From NCBI GenBank assembly GCA_036555825.1, contig DATBKQ010000123.1:1-45998 (forward strand): a DNA stretch of 45,998 bases, written 5' to 3'. Below are positions 1 to 8,247 of this stretch, piece by piece (positions within the stretch are counted from its first letter, which is position 1; each line of letters opens with the position of its first letter). The DNA is from Acetobacteraceae bacterium (lineage in GTDB: Bacteria > Pseudomonadota > Alphaproteobacteria > Acetobacterales > Acetobacteraceae). The notes under the pieces were generated by a model. The model saw only the letters and a program-made list of their open reading frames with translations. It ran no database searches and was not told the origin of the DNA. Both the position numbers and the translations under genes were made by a program.

Positions 1-1
1 G

Positions 2-472
2 GCGTTCCCCGCGCCGGCCGGCCCGAAGGGGCGCGCGTTCATGCCGGTGCTGGTCGGCGTGGCGGTGCCGAAGACCGCGCCCGACAGATCGGGCGCGCTG
101 CAGGTCATCGATTATCTGCTGAAGCCCGAGACGCAGATCGCCACATTGCGGGCGAGCAGCTTCTTCCCGGTGGTGCGGGTCGCATTGCCGGCGGACCTGG
201 ATCCGGGTCTCAAGCTGGAGGGGTCGGCCGTGGCGGCGCAGCAGAGCGCACCGGATGCGCTGCCGACCCTGCTGCCAGTCGGGCTTGGCACGCACGGTGG
301 CGAATTCGACAAGATATTTGTCGATACCTTCCAGCGCGTGGTGCTGCGCGGACAACCGGTGAAGCAGGTGCTGGACCGCGAAGCCGAGGAGATGCAGCGC
401 GTGCTGGACGCGGCGAAGGCGCCGTGCTGGTCGCCCGATCCGGTGAGCCAGGGCACCTGCAAGGTGAAGTAG
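2..472 (+). CDS. ABC transporter extracellular solute-binding protein (family 1, carbohydrate type), C-terminal part; 5' end outside window
   Basis: Frame open from the window edge to the TAG at 470-472. Translation ...AFPAPAGPKGRAFMPVLVGVAVPKTAPDRSGALQVIDYLLKPETQ... looks like the C-lobe of sugar-binding proteins. Immediately followed by two permeases and an ATPase. Confidence 0.75.
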   Translation, partial: AFPAPAGPKGRAFMPVLVGVAVPKTAPDRSGALQVIDYLLKPETQIATLRASSFFPVVRVALPADLDPGLKLEGSAVAAQQSAPDALPTLLPVGLGTHGGEFDKIFVDTFQRVVLRGQPVKQVLDREAEEMQRVLDAAKAPCWSPDPVSQGTCKVK

Positions 473-478
473 CCGGCG

Positions 479-1327
479 ATGCGGAGCCAGGCGCTGCGGC
501 CCTATCTGCTGATCACGCCGTCGCTGGTCTTCCTGCTGCTGCTGTTCGTCGTTCCGCTGGTGCAGACGGTGGCGCTGGCGTTTTCCACGCCGGCTGGCAC
601 GGGGCTCGGGAACTTCGCGCAGATGCTGGGCGATCTGGATTTCAATGACTCGGTGCGCAACACGTTCGCGCTGGTGCTCGCCGTCGTGCCGTTGCAGTTG
701 GCGGCGGCGCTTGGCATGTCGATGATGTTGCGGCATGTCCGGTGGGCGCGCGATGTCGTACTGTGGATCTGGACGATCCCGCTGGGCATTTCGGACCTGG
801 CCGCCGGCCTGGTGTGGCTGGCGATCCTGACCGACAAGGGCTACCTGAACACGATACTCTACCAGCTCGGAGCGATTCCCGGCCCGCAGAGCTGGCTGAC
901 CTACGAGACCCCAGGGGTGCTGTTCCTGGCCATCCTGATCGCCGAGTTCTGGCGCGCCACGGCGATCGTGTTCGTGGTGCTGGTTGCCGGCGTGCAGTTG
1001 ATCCCGAAGGAATACGAGGAGGCGGCCAGCGTGTTCGGCGCCAGCGCCTGGCAGCGGTTCCGGCGGGTGACGCTGCCACTGCTGCGGCCCTCGATCCAGA
1101 CGGCACTGATCCTGCGGACCGTGCTGGCGTTCGAGGCGTTCGCGGTGGTGCTGGCGATCGGCGGGCGGAACTTTCCCGTGCTGGTCAGCCAAGCCTATCT
1201 CTGGCAGTTCACCAATCAGAACTACAACGTCGCGGCCTGCTATGCCGTGCTGGTCACGCTGGTCTCGCTGGCGGCGACATTGGTTATCCTGATCGCGCTC
1301 AAGCCGCGCGCGGGAGAAGCCGGATGA
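479..1327 (+). CDS. ABC transporter permease (MalF/UgpA-like)
   Basis: 282-aa ORF with multiple hydrophobic helices and the permease EAA-type loop (IPKEYEEAASVFGASAWQRFRRVTLPLLRP). ATG lies 7 nt after the upstream stop. Confidence 0.85.
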   Translation: MRSQALRPYLLITPSLVFLLLLFVVPLVQTVALAFSTPAGTGLGNFAQMLGDLDFNDSVRNTFALVLAVVPLQLAAALGMSMMLRHVRWARDVVLWIWTIPLGISDLAAGLVWLAILTDKGYLNTILYQLGAIPGPQSWLTYETPGVLFLAILIAEFWRATAIVFVVLVAGVQLIPKEYEEAASVFGASAWQRFRRVTLPLLRPSIQTALILRTVLAFEAFAVVLAIGGRNFPVLVSQAYLWQFTNQNYNVAACYAVLVTLVSLAATLVILIALKPRAGEAG

Positions 1328-2130
1328 CCGCGCCGCGCCGCGTGTTGTTCGTCACCGGTGTGCTGCTGATCTGCGCCTGGACGCTGGTGCCGATCTATCT
1401 GGTGGCGCTTGGCGCCATCGGTGGCGCGTCGACGGTGTATGCATGGCCGAAGCCGTTCTGGCCAGCCGGTCTGTCGGCGGGCAATTTCGCGGCGTTTCTG
1501 CAGATCGAGGGACTTGGGCCGGCGATGCTGCGCAGCGTCGAGGTCGCCGTGCTGTGCATGGTGTTGTCGCTGCTGCTTGGCGCCCCCGCCGGCTATGCGC
1601 TGGCCCGCTTCGCGTTTCGTGGCGCCAACCTCTACCGGCTGATGATCCTGATGACGCGGGCGTTTCCGGTCGGCATCCTGGCGCTGCCGCTGGCGGTCAG
1701 CTTCGTGCACCTGGGCATCTACGACACGGCGTTCGGTGTGGCGCTGATGCACACCGCGCTGGCGCTGCCGTTCGCCGTGCTGGTCACCGCCAGCCTGTTC
1801 GTCGGCATTCCGCGGGAACTGGAGGAAGCCGCCTTGGTGTTCGGCTGCTCCGGCCCCGGCGCGTTCCGGCGCGTCGTGCTGCCGCTGGCGACCCCCGGCA
1901 TTGCCGCGACCGCCATCTTCGCGTTCGTGATCTCCTGGAACGAGGTGTTCGCCGCATCGGTGCTGACGGTGCGGAACAAGACGCTGACCGCCGATCTGCT
2001 GACATTGCTTTCCGAGGCGCCGCTGCAGTCGCAACTCGCCGGCGGGCTGTTGCTGATCCTGCCCTCGGTGTTCTTCATCTTTGTCGTGCGCCGTTATCTG
2101 TTCGCATTGTGGGGTGTTGCCAGCCGATGA
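1324..2130 (+). CDS. ABC transporter permease (MalG/UgpE-like)
   Basis: ATG at 1324 overlaps the upstream TGA (ATGA). Product MTAPRRVLFVTGVLLICAWTLVPIYLV... carries the EAA loop IPRELEEAALVFGCSGPGAFRRVVLPLATP. The tracked ORF 742-2130 is an off-frame-like N-terminal extension. Confidence 0.85.
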   Translation: MTAPRRVLFVTGVLLICAWTLVPIYLVALGAIGGASTVYAWPKPFWPAGLSAGNFAAFLQIEGLGPAMLRSVEVAVLCMVLSLLLGAPAGYALARFAFRGANLYRLMILMTRAFPVGILALPLAVSFVHLGIYDTAFGVALMHTALALPFAVLVTASLFVGIPRELEEAALVFGCSGPGAFRRVVLPLATPGIAATAIFAFVISWNEVFAASVLTVRNKTLTADLLTLLSEAPLQSQLAGGLLLILPSVFFIFVVRRYLFALWGVASR

Positions 2131-2143
2131 TCGGGTGCTGAGA

Positions 2144-3196
2144 ATGGCGGATATCCGCATCTCGATGGTCAGCAAGTATTTCGGCCAACTCGCGGCGCTG
2201 CGGGCCGTCTCGCTGGATGTAAGCGACGGCGAATTCGTCGCCCTGCTGGGGCCGTCCGGCTGCGGCAAGACCACCTTGCTTCGCGCGGTTGCCGGACTGG
2301 ATCGGCAGAGCAGCGGACGCATTCTGATCGGCGGGCGCGATGTTTCCGACCTGCCGCCCCGGGCGCGGGGGCTGGCGATGGTGTTCCAGAACTACGCGGT
2401 GTTTCCGCATCTTCGGGTGCGCGACAACATCGCGTTCGGTTTGGCGATGACGGGCTCCGGGAAGGATCGCATCGAACGCCAGGTCGCGCGCGCGGCACGG
2501 CTGATGCACATCGAGACGCTGCTCGATCGCTATCCGGCGCAGCTTTCCGGCGGGCAGCGGCAGCGGGTCGCGGTGGCGCGCGCGCTCGCGGTGGAGCCGG
2601 CAGTGCTGCTGATGGATGAGCCGCTGTCGAACCTGGATGCGCTGCTGCGTCTGGAAATGCGCACCGAGCTGAAGGCGGTACTGGCGGAGGCGCGCACCAC
2701 GACGTTGTACGTCACGCACGACCAGACGGAGGCGATGGGGCTGGCGGATCGCATCGCGATCATGCACGAGGGCCGCATCGAGCAGATCGGCTCGCCGCTG
2801 GAAATCTACCGTCAGCCGAAGTCGATGTTCGTCGGCGGCTTCATCGGCAATCCGCCGATGAACTTCCTGCGTCTTCCGGTCAGCGACCGCGTGGTGCGGC
2901 TGGGCAGCCTGACGCTGGAGCCGCCGGCGGGGGTCGACGGCGCCGTGCTGCTTGGCATGCGACCGGAGGATCTGGACGTCGCCGAGGGCGGAGCGGGTTT
3001 CGCGTTTCGCGTGCACGTGCCCGAGCCGCTCGGTCCGCACATATTGCTGACTGGCGATGTGGAAGGCCAAAGCCTGCGTGTTGCGGTTGCCTCGGACCGC
3101 GTGGTGCGGCCCGGTGATGTGGTGATGCTGCGGCCGAACACGGCGCGGCTGTCCTGGATGGCCCCCGATACGGGCCTGGCCCTGGAGGGCGCATGA
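2144..3196 (+). CDS. ABC transporter ATP-binding protein (MalK/UgpC-like)
   Basis: Start MADIRISMVSKYFG. Walker A GPSGCGKTT, signature [10 protein letters not shown], Walker B LLMDEPLSNLD, H-loop YVTHDQ. C-terminal regulatory/TOBE-like extension. Confidence 0.9.
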   Translation: MADIRISMVSKYFGQLAALRAVSLDVSDGEFVALLGPSGCGKTTLLRAVAGLDRQSSGRILIGGRDVSDLPPRARGLAMVFQNYAVFPHLRVRDNIAFGLAMTGSGKDRIERQVARAARLMHIETLLDRYPAQLSGGQRQRVAVARALAVEPAVLLMDEPLSNLDALLRLEMRTELKAVLAEARTTTLYVTHDQTEAMGLADRIAIMHEGRIEQIGSPLEIYRQPKSMFVGGFIGNPPMNFLRLPVSDRVVRLGSLTLEPPAGVDGAVLLGMRPEDLDVAEGGAGFAFRVHVPEPLGPHILLTGDVEGQSLRVAVASDRVVRPGDVVMLRPNTARLSWMAPDTGLALEGA

Positions 3197-4464
3197 CGGA
3201 TGTCAGCGAGCGGGCACGCGCCATTCTTCGCGGCAACGATCGCGGTGGCTACACGGTGCCCACCCACCGGCTTTATCCGTTTCAGTGGAACTGGGATTCG
3301 GCGTTTGTCGCGATGGGCTGGGCGACATTCGACGAGGCGCGCGGCTTCACGGAGGTGGATCGGCTGCTGGAGGGTCAATGGGACGATGGGCTGGTGCCGC
3401 AGATCGTGTTCCATGCCGCGTCCGACGATTATTTTCCCGGCCCGGCGGTGTGGGGGGTGAAGCATACGCCGCCGACCTCGGGCATTACCCAGCCGCCGGT
3501 GCTGGCGAGCGCGGTGCGGTTCATGTTGGACCATGCGCGTGATCGCGCCGCGGCCGAGGCGCGCGTGGCCGCGATCTATCCGCGGTTAGCGGCGTACCAT
3601 CGCTGGTGGCGGCGGGCACGCGACCCCGATGGCTGCGGCCTCGTCGCCACGCTGCACCCATGGGAAACGGGCATGGACAACAGCCCTGCCTGGGATGCCG
3701 CGCTGGCCCGGGTGCCGACGAGGACAAGCACCGCGGTGCAGCGGCGCGATCTGGCGCATGTCGATGCGGCGATGCGGCCGCGCGCCGCGGAGTACCAGCG
3801 GTTCATTCACCTGGTCGACCTGTTCCGGGACGTGGGCTGGCGGCCCGATCGGATGTTGGCGGCATCGCCGTTCCGGGTCGCCGACATCGCCACGAATGCC
3901 ATCCTGCTGCGCGCCGAGAGCGACCTGTTCGCGCTGGCGCGGCGGTTCGGCGAGGCGACGGAAGCAGGAGAGATCGCGGCCCGCGCCGCGTGCATGCGGT
4001 CGGCGATCGAAGGATTGTGGAACGCACGGCTTGGCGTGTTCCACTCGCTCGACCTGATCGACCGCAGTCCGATCGAGGTGGCGACGTCGGCCGGATTGTT
4101 GCCGCTGTACGCGGGTGCCGCGCATGCATCGCGTGCCCAGGCGATGGCGGCGACCCTGCGGCGTTGGGCGGGACAGGTCGGTTATCTCGTGCCGTCAACC
4201 GCGCCGGATGATGCGCGCTTCGATGCGTTGCGCTACTGGCGCGGCCCGGTGTGGGCGGTGGTGAACTGGATGATCGCGCAGGGCGCGGCGGAGTGTGGTC
4301 AATCCGACCTGGCCGCGGAGTTGCGGCGCGGGACGTGGGAGATGATCGCGGGCGGCGGGTTCAGCGAGTATTTCGATCCGCGGGACGGGCACGGCATCGG
4401 CGGCCGGGACTTTTCCTGGACGGCGGCGATCTATCTGATCCTGGCTGATGCCGGGATGAGCTGA
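3193..4464 (+). CDS. GH63-like six-hairpin glycoside hydrolase (glucosylglycerate/mannosylglycerate hydrolase-like)
   Basis: 423 aa; ATG overlaps the ATPase stop. Motifs YPFQWNWDSAF, HPWETGMDNSPAWD, YWRGPVWAVVNW and EYFDPRDGHGIGGRDFSWTAA match my recollection of the MGH/GgH family. Substrate not established. Confidence 0.65.
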   Translation: MTDVSERARAILRGNDRGGYTVPTHRLYPFQWNWDSAFVAMGWATFDEARGFTEVDRLLEGQWDDGLVPQIVFHAASDDYFPGPAVWGVKHTPPTSGITQPPVLASAVRFMLDHARDRAAAEARVAAIYPRLAAYHRWWRRARDPDGCGLVATLHPWETGMDNSPAWDAALARVPTRTSTAVQRRDLAHVDAAMRPRAAEYQRFIHLVDLFRDVGWRPDRMLAASPFRVADIATNAILLRAESDLFALARRFGEATEAGEIAARAACMRSAIEGLWNARLGVFHSLDLIDRSPIEVATSAGLLPLYAGAAHASRAQAMAATLRRWAGQVGYLVPSTAPDDARFDALRYWRGPVWAVVNWMIAQGAAECGQSDLAAELRRGTWEMIAGGGFSEYFDPRDGHGIGGRDFSWTAAIYLILADAGMS

Positions 4465-4490
4465 TCCGCCCCCCTCTTCCGGCGCTTCGC

Positions 4491-4886
4491 GCTCGAAACG
4501 CCAAGGGGATCATCAGCGACACTTCCTTCAAGGACCCGACCGATCCCCAACGGGTCAACGACGCGGGCTACAAACAGTGGCTCGCGTTCATGAACAAGTA
4601 CTACCCGGACGGCGACAAGACCGACAAATCAGACCGTCTATGGTTATTCTATCGGCGAGACGACCGCGCAGGTGCTGAAGCAGTGCGGCGACGACCTGAC
4701 GCGCGAGAACGTAATGAAGCAGGCGGCCAGTATGCACAATTTCAAGTTGCCGTGTTGCTGCCTGGCATCGCGATCAACACCAGCCCCACCGACTTCGAGA
4801 TGATCAAGCAAGCCCAGGTGCGGCGCTTCAACGGCGAACGCTACGTTCCATTCGGTCCCGTGCTCTCCGGCGCCACGGTCAGCTAG
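4491..4886 (+). pseudogene. Remnant of a LivK-type (branched-chain amino acid/amide) ABC substrate-binding protein gene; N-terminally truncated with two frame changes
   Basis: Frame A reads ...KGIISDTSFKDPTDPQRVNDAGYKQWLAFMNKYYPDGDKTDKS. A second frame reads TVYGYSIGETTAQVLKQCGDDLTRENVMKQAASMHNFKLP. Frame A resumes with VLLPGIAINTSPTDFEMIKQAQVRRFNGERYVPFGPVLSG. Only about the last 130 codons of a roughly 400-codon family are present. Confidence 0.7.
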
Positions 4887-4889
4887 TGT

Positions 4890-4935
4890 CCTGCCCCCGA
4901 AGTTCGTCGCATTCTGCGGCGAACGGAGGGGCAGG
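4890..4935 (+). terminator. Imperfect GC-rich hairpin downstream of the pseudogene
   Basis: CCTGCCCC-CGAAGTTCGTCGC / GCGGCGAACGGA-GGGGCAGG. The outer 8-bp stem is perfect, the inner stem is interrupted. No T-tract. Confidence 0.3.
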
Positions 4936-4988
4936 CCACTGAAAGCAAAGAACCGGGTAAAAGGCGATACGTCGCTCCCTTGTTCGGC

Positions 4989-5017
4989 AGGGTGAGGTCA
5001 GGTTGACCTCACCCTGC
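4989..5017. repeat. Palindromic repeat copy 1 (CAGGGTGAGGTCA-GGT-TGACCTCACCCTG), abutting the stop of the radical SAM gene
   Basis: Perfect 13-bp arms read directly. Its 27-nt core GGTGAGGTCAGGTTGACCTCACCCTGC recurs at 6847-6873 (24/27 identical, same orientation). Likely also acts as a bidirectional terminator. Confidence 0.7.
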
Positions 5018-5018
5018 T

Positions 5019-6797
5019 TCACTCGGCTGCCGGCACCGGAGCCGAGCGACCGGCGACTTTTCTGGCGTGCGCGACCGAGGCGACGGCGCCGGCGGTTTTC
5101 GTAAGCAGGTCGAGAGTGTCTTCTTCCTCGGTGGTGACGGCGGTCAGCGCCTGATCGATGTAAGCGCGTGCATCCGGGTCACGCTCGGCCATACGGCGCC
5201 AGTGCGCGACGCGCAGATAGATGGCAATCATGCGCGCATATTTCACCGCCGAGCTGCCAAGGAAGCCCAGCCAGAACAGCCAAACCGGCGAGCGTTTCAG
5301 CCCGGGCCGGAGCTCCGACGGATGCTTCAGCCGAAGGATGCCGCCCTGCAGCGGATGCACACGCTCGAGCTGCATCGTGGTGGCGAACAGGAAAAGGAGC
5401 GTCGCCAGGCTGCGCAGCGGGACCCGCGTCGCCGCCGCGCGCCTGAGCAGCGTCTGCATGTGATCAGGCGTGTAATAGAGCCCCCAGGCCTCCTGATAGA
5501 TACGCTCCCACGCCTGCTGGCTCATGCGAGGATGGCCGGTGCAGACGTGTTCCAGGTCGTAGCGGTTGAGGTCGGCATCCATGGCGATACCGTTCGTCCA
5601 TAGCTTCTGATGGTCCTCCGACCCTGGCAGCGGTGTCAGGCAGAAGAATTCCAGCATATCGACCGCAAGCTCCCGCTTGATGATCTCGATGTCGCGGCGG
5701 ATGGTCTCCGGCGTGTCGGCAGGGAAGCCCAGGATGTAGCCGGCGAGAGTGATGATGCCCTGTGCCTTCCACGCCAGCAGCATCTTGCGGTACTCGGTGA
5801 TCTTGTTCTGCCGCTTCTTGGCGGCGACCAGGTTGTCGGGATTGACGTTCTCCAGTCCGATGAACACGCGCGTGACGCCGGCGCGCTTGGCCTTCTCCAC
5901 GAAGTTGGGGATCCTGTGGCACAAGGTATCGACCTGGATCAGCAGTCCGAGCGGGATACCGTGCCGCTCCTTCAACTCGATCAGGCGGTCGAAGATCGCC
6001 TCCCAGTCCTTGTTGCGGGCAAAGTTGTCGTCGGTGATAAAGAACTTGTGGATGCCTTGCGCCCAGTTGGCGCGCACCAGCCGTTCCACGTCGTCGGGCG
6101 AGCGCGAACGCGAACGGCGGCCCTGCACGTTGATGATGGTGCAGAATGAACATTGATAGGGACAGCCACGCCCGGCGTCGAAGCTGGTGGCGCGGCCCAA
6201 GGTGTGACGCACGTAGCGTGCCGGCAGGATCGGCTCGGGAGTCGCCTCGAGTCCGGGCAGGTCCTTCAGGAAATCGTAGACCGGACGGAGCCGACCGGAG
6301 GCCGCGTCGCGCAAAACCCCTTCGAACCGGCCCTCGGCCTCTCCGGCGAACATCGCGATGCCCATCTCACGGCAGGCATCGAGTTCGACCGCCGAGCCAT
6401 CCAGCATCGAGAGGCAGCCCGACACGTGGAAGCCGCCGATCGCGACCTGGATGCCGGCCGCGCGGAACGGCCGAGCGATATCCAGCGCGCGCGGGTATTG
6501 GTTGGACTGCACACCGACCAGTGCGACCAGACCGAATCCCGCGTGCCTGCGCATCCGGGCGATCAGGCGCGGGATGTCGATGCGTGCGTTCATCTCGTCG
6601 ATTGCTTCGATGTCGAACGATACATCTCGCCCGAGCACTTGGCGCCGTGCACAATCCTCGGCGATGCCGTAGATCGCGGCGAGCGAATTGGAGGGGATCA
6701 TCGCGCGCCACCAGCGAATCACATAGCCATCGTCGTCGTAATGCGACGGCTTGAGCAGGATGAGTTGGAATCGCCGAATATCGGCGGGTGGCTGCAT
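5019..6797 (-). CDS. B12-binding-domain (class B) radical SAM protein, roughly 590-aa DUF4070-type family
   Basis: 592 aa. N-terminal Rossmann/B12-like region (LVALVGVQSNQYPRALDIARPFRAAGIQVAIGGFHVSG). Radical SAM cluster motif GCPYQCSFC (CX3CX2C). Long C-terminal extension. Confidence 0.8.
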   Translation of the reverse strand: MQPPADIRRFQLILLKPSHYDDDGYVIRWWRAMIPSNSLAAIYGIAEDCARRQVLGRDVSFDIEAIDEMNARIDIPRLIARMRRHAGFGLVALVGVQSNQYPRALDIARPFRAAGIQVAIGGFHVSGCLSMLDGSAVELDACREMGIAMFAGEAEGRFEGVLRDAASGRLRPVYDFLKDLPGLEATPEPILPARYVRHTLGRATSFDAGRGCPYQCSFCTIINVQGRRSRSRSPDDVERLVRANWAQGIHKFFITDDNFARNKDWEAIFDRLIELKERHGIPLGLLIQVDTLCHRIPNFVEKAKRAGVTRVFIGLENVNPDNLVAAKKRQNKITEYRKMLLAWKAQGIITLAGYILGFPADTPETIRRDIEIIKRELAVDMLEFFCLTPLPGSEDHQKLWTNGIAMDADLNRYDLEHVCTGHPRMSQQAWERIYQEAWGLYYTPDHMQTLLRRAAATRVPLRSLATLLFLFATTMQLERVHPLQGGILRLKHPSELRPGLKRSPVWLFWLGFLGSSAVKYARMIAIYLRVAHWRRMAERDPDARAYIDQALTAVTTEEEDTLDLLTKTAGAVASVAHARKVAGRSAPVPAAE

Positions 6798-6846
6798 TGT
6801 CTGTACCTGTCTACCGTAGCCGGTTCATGCGACGGGCTTAAAGCAT

Positions 6847-6873
6847 GATGAGGTCAGGTCGGCCTCACCCTGC
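6847..6873. repeat. Palindromic repeat copy 2 (GATGAGGTCAGGTCGGCCTCACCCTGC), about 50 nt upstream of the radical SAM start
   Basis: 24 of 27 positions identical to 4991-5017, same orientation. The hairpin arms are degraded in this copy. Confidence 0.6.
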
Positions 6874-6927
6874 TGCAGCTTTCCTTGGTTGAGCGCGTGA
6901 TGGCCGGGACAAGCCCGGCGGCGCCGC

Positions 6928-6947
6928 CGGCCACATCGATGTGGCCG
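6928..6947. promoter_or_regulatory. Perfect 20-bp palindrome CGGCCACATCGATGTGGCCG upstream of the radical SAM gene (candidate operator)
   Basis: Read directly. Lies about 130-150 nt upstream of the ATG at 6797 and about 115 nt downstream of the NiCoT stop. Confidence 0.3.
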
Positions 6948-7060
6948 ATTCATAATCCTTTACTGGCAATCATTTCGCACGGATGCCACAAGAGGGAATC
7001 GCTGGCAATGGCCGGCTCGCCTCTTCAGGGCGGCGCGGCGAGGCCGACACATGCGTTCCC

Positions 7061-8131
7061 TCAGCGCGCCAGCGTCGGCAATCGGTCGTAGCCTTTCCAG
7101 CGATAGATCAGCAGCGAGGCAATCCAGCTCGCGGCGAAGATGCCGGCGACGGCGTAGCCGAGGCTCGTCAGGTTATCGTTGAGCGCGGCGACAAGACTCC
7201 AGAAGGCGCCGTCGAGGCGAAGCCTGTCGCCGATCAGACCGAGTGTCTCGACGCCGCCGATGAAGATGGCAACGGCCACCGATGCCGCGGTGATGGTGAG
7301 GTTGTACCAGAGCTTTCGCAGCGGATCGACAAACGCCCAGCCGTAGGCGCGGACCATCATCACGCTGTCGGTGGTGTCCAAGAGGGACATCCCCGCGGTG
7401 AACAGGGCGGGGAAGATCAGGATGTTCCAGAACGACATGCCCTGTGCCGCCTGGGTCGCGGCGATGCCGAGCAGGCCGATCTCGGTCGCGGTATCGAAGC
7501 CGAGACCGAACAGGAAGCCGACAGGGTACATGCGCCATGAACGCGTGATGGCGCGGAACAGCGGGCGGAACAACCGGGTCAGCAGGCCGTGGCCGGACAG
7601 CAGCGCGTCGAGCGCGGTTTCGCTGACGGTCCCGCCCGCGCGAACGCGGACGAACGCGGCCCAGACGCCGCGCAGGACGAACAGGTTGGCGATGCCGATA
7701 ACCAGCAGGAACAGCGCCGATGCGACAGTGCCGACGATGCCGCCGAGATCGTGCAGCGCGGCAAGGCGGCTCTGGAAGGCGGTGGCCGTGGCGGCGATGG
7801 CGATCGAGGCGAGCACTACAATGGTCGAGTGGCCGAGCGAGAAGAAGAAGCCCGCGGCGTAGGGTGCCCTGCCCTGCTGCATCAGCTTGCGCACGACATT
7901 GTCGATCGCCGCGATATGGTCGGCGTCGAACGCGTGGCGCAGGCCGAACACGTAGGCGAGCAGGGCGATGCCGAGCAGCGTCGGACGTTGGGCGAAGGCG
8001 GTCCAGGCCCAGAGCCAGGTCGCGAGATTGGCGGCCAGCAGCAGGGCGTAGATCGTCGCCACCTTGGTGCCGGCGCGAGCCGGCATGTCGTCGAACGGAT
8101 TGGGCATTGGTGGTGTGTTCCCTGCCGGCAC
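7061..8131 (-). CDS. HoxN/HupN/NixA-family nickel/cobalt permease (NiCoT)
   Basis: Signature FGLRHAFDADHIAAIDN plus FFFSLGHSTIVV and LGFDTATEI. Eight predicted TM segments. The ORF opens with GTG at 8131; an in-frame ATG at 8107 is an equally plausible start. Confidence 0.85.
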   Translation of the reverse strand: MPAGNTPPMPNPFDDMPARAGTKVATIYALLLAANLATWLWAWTAFAQRPTLLGIALLAYVFGLRHAFDADHIAAIDNVVRKLMQQGRAPYAAGFFFSLGHSTIVVLASIAIAATATAFQSRLAALHDLGGIVGTVASALFLLVIGIANLFVLRGVWAAFVRVRAGGTVSETALDALLSGHGLLTRLFRPLFRAITRSWRMYPVGFLFGLGFDTATEIGLLGIAATQAAQGMSFWNILIFPALFTAGMSLLDTTDSVMMVRAYGWAFVDPLRKLWYNLTITAASVAVAIFIGGVETLGLIGDRLRLDGAFWSLVAALNDNLTSLGYAVAGIFAASWIASLLIYRWKGYDRLPTLAR

Positions 8132-8247
8132 ATTGTCTGAGCACGCGATTCACGCTTCCGGCGATACCGCCGCCAAGCGATCGCGTGCTATGCGCCTATC
8201 GTAAGGAAGCGCTAATCTGCCGACAAACGCAGCGGGGTTCGTTTCGC

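Noticed and set aside
742-1323. N-terminal 194 codons of tracked ORF 742-2130
   Set aside because: This part overlaps the first permease gene in another frame and translates to Arg/Gly/Asp-rich sequence. The true permease begins at the ATG at 1324, with an ATGA overlap and a typical TM start.
6825-6953. 42-codon minus-strand ORF (MNRPHRCGRRRRRACPGHHALNQGKLQQGEADLTSSCFKPVA) just upstream of the radical SAM gene, considered as a RiPP precursor
   Set aside because: The AGGA lies only 2 nt from the ATG. The composition is Arg-rich and off-frame-like. The ORF is spanned by palindromes and the 27-nt repeat, and there are no leader/core features or accessory RiPP genes (RRE, protease, exporter).
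6798-7060. Possible cobalamin riboswitch upstream of the B12-radical-SAM gene or associated with the Co/Ni permease
   Set aside because: I read both strands for the B12-box and the conserved GGGAA...GGTG...GCCACTG core. Only a loose AGAGGGAATCGCTGG on the plus strand was seen, which is the wrong orientation for either gene, and there was no B12 box. A covariance-model scan (Rfam cobalamin models) would be the decisive check.
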